DNA from: Candidatus Aenigmatarchaeota archaeon
GTDB lineage: Archaea > Aenigmatarchaeota > Aenigmatarchaeia > GW2011-AR5
Assembly (NCBI GenBank): GCA_043799385.1
Contig: JAZDNV010000006.1
Span: 1-29,436, forward strand
DNA length: 29,436 bases
Reading direction: 5' to 3'
Both the position numbers and the translations under genes were made by a program. Positions 25,189 through 29,436 of the stretch are shown here, piece after piece. The notes under the pieces were generated by a model. The model was given only the letters and a program-made list of their open reading frames with translations. It did no database searches and was not told the DNA's origin. Position 1 is the stretch's first letter; every line of letters starts with the position of its first letter.

Positions 25189-25809
25189 ATGGTATGGAAA
25201 ATCATCGCGACAATAGTGATAGTGTTCGGCGTGATAATCCTCGTATTGTCTTCCAATCCTGCTGTCTCAAGCTTTTTCCAGCAGGTCAATGAGAAGATAA
25301 CAAACGTTCTCGGCTATGAATTTGACGTCAACAGAAACGTGTCGTTCTCGCTGATACTAAACAGATACGTCGATGCGTCATTTTACGGAAAAGGATTAGT
25401 CCTTGACATAACCCCAAAAACGTTGACAGGCGAGATAAACGGCATGAAGATTGACACAAACAAGGGTATAAAGCTGATTGGCTTTAATGGTTCTGGTTCG
25501 ATTTCCGGTAATAACCTTACGTTAGACGGAAAATTCGAAAAACTGACGTCGGAAATGCTTATTGAGAGCGGAAGCATAAAAATCTCAACAGCCTTTGAAA
25601 ATCTTACTGTGGAAAATCTTGCACTGAAGGAGATAAAGGTCAAGGCAAGCGGCTACCTGGATGCAGGAGAGATAAAAACAAAGCTATCAGACACTATGAT
25701 AGAGTTATATTATCCCAGCGGGAAGTTCGAGTTTTATAATAATCAACTGAGAATCAACGGCCTTGCAAAGAAGATATCAATACCTGAAATAAAATTGGAG
25801 ATAGGTTAA
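25189..25809 (+). CDS. Hypothetical protein with N-terminal membrane anchor/signal and beta-rich ectodomain
   Basis: MVWKIIATIVIVFGVIILVLSS hydrophobic start; the longer ORF-track start overlaps the opposite-strand regulator. Confidence 0.7.
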   Translation: MVWKIIATIVIVFGVIILVLSSNPAVSSFFQQVNEKITNVLGYEFDVNRNVSFSLILNRYVDASFYGKGLVLDITPKTLTGEINGMKIDTNKGIKLIGFNGSGSISGNNLTLDGKFEKLTSEMLIESGSIKISTAFENLTVENLALKEIKVKASGYLDAGEIKTKLSDTMIELYYPSGKFEFYNNQLRINGLAKKISIPEIKLEIG

Positions 25810-26117
25810 TCCTTGCTCCGCTTTTTGCTTCTGCTCCTACCACTTGCCGCGCTCTCCACAGCGCCCAAAGCATTGTATACGATTCTTGCAAACAGGTAGA
25901 CGACGTACGAACCGAAGCCTATCATTATGAAAAACAAGATGTTGTTTATGCTTATCTCAACAGGAAAGCCGAGAAAATTCACGATTACCGGAAATATCGC
26001 CGATGCGAAGATTATTATCAGCGCATTGACGAGAAGCTTCAGGACGCTCTTCACCATGAGAATGAAGAGCATAAACAATACAAACAAAACCAAGACAGGC
26101 AGCGTATATTCTATCAT
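25806..26117 (-). CDS. Hypothetical membrane protein (3 TM)
   Basis: MIEYTLPVLVLFVLF... hydrophobic segments; ATGA overlap with the PHP gene stop. Confidence 0.7.
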   Translation of the reverse strand: MIEYTLPVLVLFVLFMLFILMVKSVLKLLVNALIIIFASAIFPVIVNFLGFPVEISINNILFFIMIGFGSYVVYLFARIVYNALGAVESAASGRSRSKKRSKD

Positions 26118-26950
26118 TTTATCCCCAGCAACTGCCTTGAAGCAGAGTAAGTTACAACGGAAAAGAAGGACATATAAGCAAACATTTTGAAAAGATAGTC
26201 TATCTTTCCAGGATGCCTGTTCACCAGTCTGAGCAGATTTCTTGCCACCGTGCGCTTTGGCCACGAATAGTTCTCGTTCATATAATTTATCACATACACA
26301 TAGGAAAGTTTAAGCCTTGTGACATACCATTCCATTATCGCATTTGTCGGTATGTATGTTCCAAGTATTACCGTCCTGCCATTTCTTATTGCCTTTATCG
26401 CGCTCGCTTCATCGTATGCGTCAATATCCGTTATGCCGTAACCTAGCATTTCTACGCAATGAGCATCGCTTCCAGCTGTTATAGGCATACCGTATCTCTT
26501 TGCAAGCTTTTTGTTATTGTAATTGGCTATTCTTTCGACGTTCAGCGCATTGAACGCCTCGACTGCGTCGCATTTTCTTGCTAATTCTCCTAATCCCTTG
26601 CGCTGTATGTCGAACGGATGAGAAGCGACTGCAACACCGCCCTGCTCATGAATCAGGTCTAAGGTCTCTTGCAGGTCCAGTTTTTTTTCTATTCGCTCGC
26701 GTATGCCCAATGCGAGCAGATGACCTTGTATAGTGCTTATCTCTTCGCCTACGATAACTGTTAAACCGTATTTTTTCTCCAGCTTCTTAGCTTCCAGCGC
26801 ACCTTTTATCTCGTTGTGGTCGGTTATCGCTAATGCATTCAATCCGATGTTCTTCGCCCGCATCAGCATCTGCTTCGGCGAATTCAACCCTTCGAGAAGA
26901 ACCTTTGTTCCCACAGAATAAGTTGTGTGGCAATGCAGTTCAGCAAGCAT
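26114..26950 (-). CDS. PHP domain metal-dependent phosphoesterase
   Basis: ELHCHT.YS, AITDHN, GEEIST..GHLL, ASHPF, E.FN, AGSDAH. Confidence 0.9.
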   Translation of the reverse strand: MLAELHCHTTYSVGTKVLLEGLNSPKQMLMRAKNIGLNALAITDHNEIKGALEAKKLEKKYGLTVIVGEEISTIQGHLLALGIRERIEKKLDLQETLDLIHEQGGVAVASHPFDIQRKGLGELARKCDAVEAFNALNVERIANYNNKKLAKRYGMPITAGSDAHCVEMLGYGITDIDAYDEASAIKAIRNGRTVILGTYIPTNAIMEWYVTRLKLSYVYVINYMNENYSWPKRTVARNLLRLVNRHPGKIDYLFKMFAYMSFFSVVTYSASRQLLGIK

Positions 26951-26996
26951 TTTTATCCTATGCCCGTAATTCTATTTAAAATTTAGCCAGAAATCG

Positions 26997-27242
26997 CTAT
27001 TTCTTCTTTTTCTTCTTGCCCTTGAAAAACCACTCGTATATTCCTAAAGCCCAACTGAATGTCAATGCAATAGAAGTCAAGAATACTCCCCACTGCTGGT
27101 TGAGATATGCCGTGATGAACCAGAATGGTTGAGCAAGAATACCTGTTACAAAACCCCACTTGTTCTTTCTAGCAACAAGTATTACTGCAGAGATGGTTAG
27201 TATAGTCAAACCGACCTGTGCAATAATGTCCCACATAGTCAC
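26997..27242 (-). CDS. Small membrane protein, PnuC/nicotinamide mononucleotide transporter-like half module
   Basis: Three short TM segments; LVARKNKWGF...L.QPFW.......QWG.......GIY.W. Confidence 0.65.
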   Translation of the reverse strand: MTMWDIIAQVGLTILTISAVILVARKNKWGFVTGILAQPFWFITAYLNQQWGVFLTSIALTFSWALGIYEWFFKGKKKKKK

Positions 27243-27270
27243 AACTTTGGCTCATAGTGTTTAAAAATCA

Positions 27271-28053
27271 TCACTTCACGTGTATCTCGACCGCGTCGCC
27301 ATCCTCCAGCCGATAATTCAATCCGGCCTGTATCACGCGATTGCCGCGCCAGACGCGAGCGAAGCGAAAATTCTTGATAAAGTCCTTGTGTATCCTCTGA
27401 CAGAAGTCCGTAACCGTCGAGCCGATAGGCAGCGCCATCGCGGTCTTTGTCTTCTTCGCATAGACTCTCATGAAGCCGAGCAGCGACCAGATTCTCTTTT
27501 TTATCTCGTCAGCGTTCTGGGATGAATTCACGAAGATGCGCTTTGTCCTGATGAAATTATCGCTCAATATGTCCTCCAGAATATCCCTGTCCTGCACGCG
27601 CCTGATAACCAAAACAATGGCATCGCTGCTCCTTGCAATGCTCATATATTCAGGACTGAACGTAGATGGTATTTCGACTAATTGCAATTTCACTCCGGAG
27701 TAATCCATCATGCCTATTTCCGGCTTAGTCGTCGTGTAGGCGTGACCGGCAATTGTTGGTTTTGCATCCGTAATTTTAGCAAGCATCGTTGATTTGCCGG
27801 ACTGCGTCAATCCGATAAGGCATATTTGCGCCTCGCCCTCCTTTGCGATGCCTTTCTTGCTAATCTTTTTTTTACCCGTTTTCTTCAGTTTCGACATCTT
27901 GCCCTTTAGTTGCGCAAGCACGTTCTCAGTGCCCTTGTGCTTCGGCAGAGTACGTATCATCTCCTCCAGGGCGGCTATCTTCTCTTCATTCGTCTTAGCT
28001 GAAAGGTATTTTCCCTCTGCCTTGAAATACTCGACCGTTGCGTTAATAGGCAT
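27271..28053 (-). CDS. DRG/OBG-family GTPase with TGS domain, shortened
   Basis: MP.NA..EY, PKHKGTE, KEG.AQ..L.G...SGKST, YTT..P..GM, IHKDF...FRFARVW, L.DGD.VE. Confidence 0.85.
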   Translation of the reverse strand: MPINATVEYFKAEGKYLSAKTNEEKIAALEEMIRTLPKHKGTENVLAQLKGKMSKLKKTGKKKISKKGIAKEGEAQICLIGLTQSGKSTMLAKITDAKPTIAGHAYTTTKPEIGMMDYSGVKLQLVEIPSTFSPEYMSIARSSDAIVLVIRRVQDRDILEDILSDNFIRTKRIFVNSSQNADEIKKRIWSLLGFMRVYAKKTKTAMALPIGSTVTDFCQRIHKDFIKNFRFARVWRGNRVIQAGLNYRLEDGDAVEIHVK

Positions 28054-28105
28054 ATATAATAAATTCAGAAGAAAGTGTTAAAAAGGTTTTGAACATCAGT
28101 TGGCT

Positions 28106-28474
28106 ATGGCATACGAGAGGAAGATACTGGTAATCGACGACGAGCCGACGATAGCTGACTTCACTGAAAGGTTTTTGCATATTGATGGCTATCCCACTGC
28201 AACCGCCAAAGACGGACAGATGGCGATAGAAAAAATGAAAGACGGTAGTAGCTACGGACTTATTGTCACTGACTTCAGCTATCCTGGCAGAAAGGATTTT
28301 GGCGATTATATAAGAGAAAACCATCTAGGCACGCCGGTAATCGCCATGACTGCTGTTCCAACGCCAGAAGTCGAAGCAATTGCAAGAAAAGAGCTTCGCG
28401 CAGTCAGACTTCTTGCAAAACCACTTGACATCAAAGAATTTCTAGGCATTGTCAAAGAGCTTTACGTGCCTTGA
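28106..28474 (+). CDS. Stand-alone response regulator receiver (CheY-like)
   Basis: KILVIDDE, A.DGQ.A, LIVTD..YP (phospho-Asp), PVIAMTA, LAKP. Confidence 0.88.
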   Translation: MAYERKILVIDDEPTIADFTERFLHIDGYPTATAKDGQMAIEKMKDGSSYGLIVTDFSYPGRKDFGDYIRENHLGTPVIAMTAVPTPEVEAIARKELRAVRLLAKPLDIKEFLGIVKELYVP

Positions 28475-28549
28475 CCGCTTTTTCTGATTCAGGGAAAAGT
28501 ATAAATATCGCCTTTTACATAATAAACTAAGTAATTGTTGCGTGATTGG

Positions 28550-29436
28550 ATGAACAAAGTCTTGATTCTTATTGTGGTATTTGCTCTGCTAGCTTCTACT
28601 ACCGCGTTTGCTGCACCAAACCTAACAGCTGTGAGCCCTACACCAGCCAACTTCACGAACCAGAGTTCTACATCAGTTACGTTGAATATCACGTCAAGCC
28701 TTGACATATCCCTGACGAGGTCGGCACTTCTCTGGACAAACCAGTCCGGTCAGATTTCAGATTTGAACTTATCAAACCTGACAATCGTGAATGGCAGTCT
28801 TGCTACACCGTATCTTGACGTTAATTATACATATATCACGATAAACGGAATGCTTAATGGTACTCACTCTTTCACATTCAGGATAGGCTCCAACACAACG
28901 GATGATAACATGACGCTCACCATAAACATAACAGTAGATAATGCCAATCCTCCAACTGCTACTGTCACAAACCCGATAAATGCGACGAATACAACGAATG
29001 CCACGCCCAATATAGAGATTACATTAGTAGATAGTTTTGCTACTGTCTTAAATTATACAATTTATGCTAATGGTGTGAGCAAGGCAAGCGGGCAGCTGGC
29101 TAACAACACCAGGACTAATGTAACGTTATCAGCATTGACTAACGGTACTTATTTAATAAATGTAGAAGCTGTTGATCAGGCAGGCACCAGAGCAAATTCA
29201 ACGCCTATGTGGTATTTGACTGTTGATACTCTAAAGCCTGTCATAGTTTTGACATCGCCTGGAAACACTACTTACGGCAGAAATATCACACTTAGCTATG
29301 TTGCAGCCGATGCGCATACCGCACTGGCATACTGCTGGTACGTCAATTCCAGCAATTTCAGGAAAAACCTGACATGCAACAGCACCATAACGTTCCTATC
29401 TGATTACAAGAACAGCCTGAACAACATAACGCTCTT
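28550..29436 (+). CDS. Secreted/surface glycoprotein with Ig-like repeats (runs off window end), not in ORF track
   Basis: Open frame from ATG 28550 to the window end: MNKVLILIVVFALLASTTAFA signal peptide; repeats such as SPTPAN.T, LTNGTY.I.VEAVD.AG...NST, VDT.KP.I.L.SP.NTTY. Confidence 0.85.
   Translation, partial: MNKVLILIVVFALLASTTAFAAPNLTAVSPTPANFTNQSSTSVTLNITSSLDISLTRSALLWTNQSGQISDLNLSNLTIVNGSLATPYLDVNYTYITINGMLNGTHSFTFRIGSNTTDDNMTLTINITVDNANPPTATVTNPINATNTTNATPNIEITLVDSFATVLNYTIYANGVSKASGQLANNTRTNVTLSALTNGTYLINVEAVDQAGTRANSTPMWYLTVDTLKPVIVLTSPGNTTYGRNITLSYVAADAHTALAYCWYVNSSNFRKNLTCNSTITFLSDYKNSLNNITL

Overview
This window is gene-dense archaeal chromosome with a streamlined, DPANN-like look; the taxon is inferred from gene content only. 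Most of it is housekeeping: cysS, aIF5B/infB, Trm5-like methyltransferase, PGI/PMI, psmB-aCPSF1-rpl37ae-rpoP-pfdB-UPF0147-sepF, class I CCA enzyme, Hef helicase, ferredoxin plus geranylgeranyl reductase, a TrmB-family regulator and a DRG-type GTPase. It also has a copper-handling cluster (membrane-anchored wHTH regulator, HMA/cupredoxin membrane protein, CopA), a frameshifted ArsP/DUF318 permease and the start of a heavily N-glycosylated surface protein. The most striking signals are not in the ORF track. (1) Two related ~90-bp Y-shaped (three-way-junction) intergenic elements show compensatory base changes, and one is flanked by a 9-10 bp target-site-like duplication. (2) Two tandem tRNA-Pro genes carry introns at the non-canonical 40/41 position, and one has an A34 anticodon (AGG), which is very rare in archaea. 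(3) A tandem pair of 9- and 15-aa poly-Lys/Cys-tail micro-ORFs sits behind a duplicated promoter-like motif, with other small Cys-rich ORFs nearby. (4) An iteron-like TCAATTACAA repeat cluster lies upstream of the TrmB-family gene. No CRISPR array, rRNA, integrase or transposase was seen.
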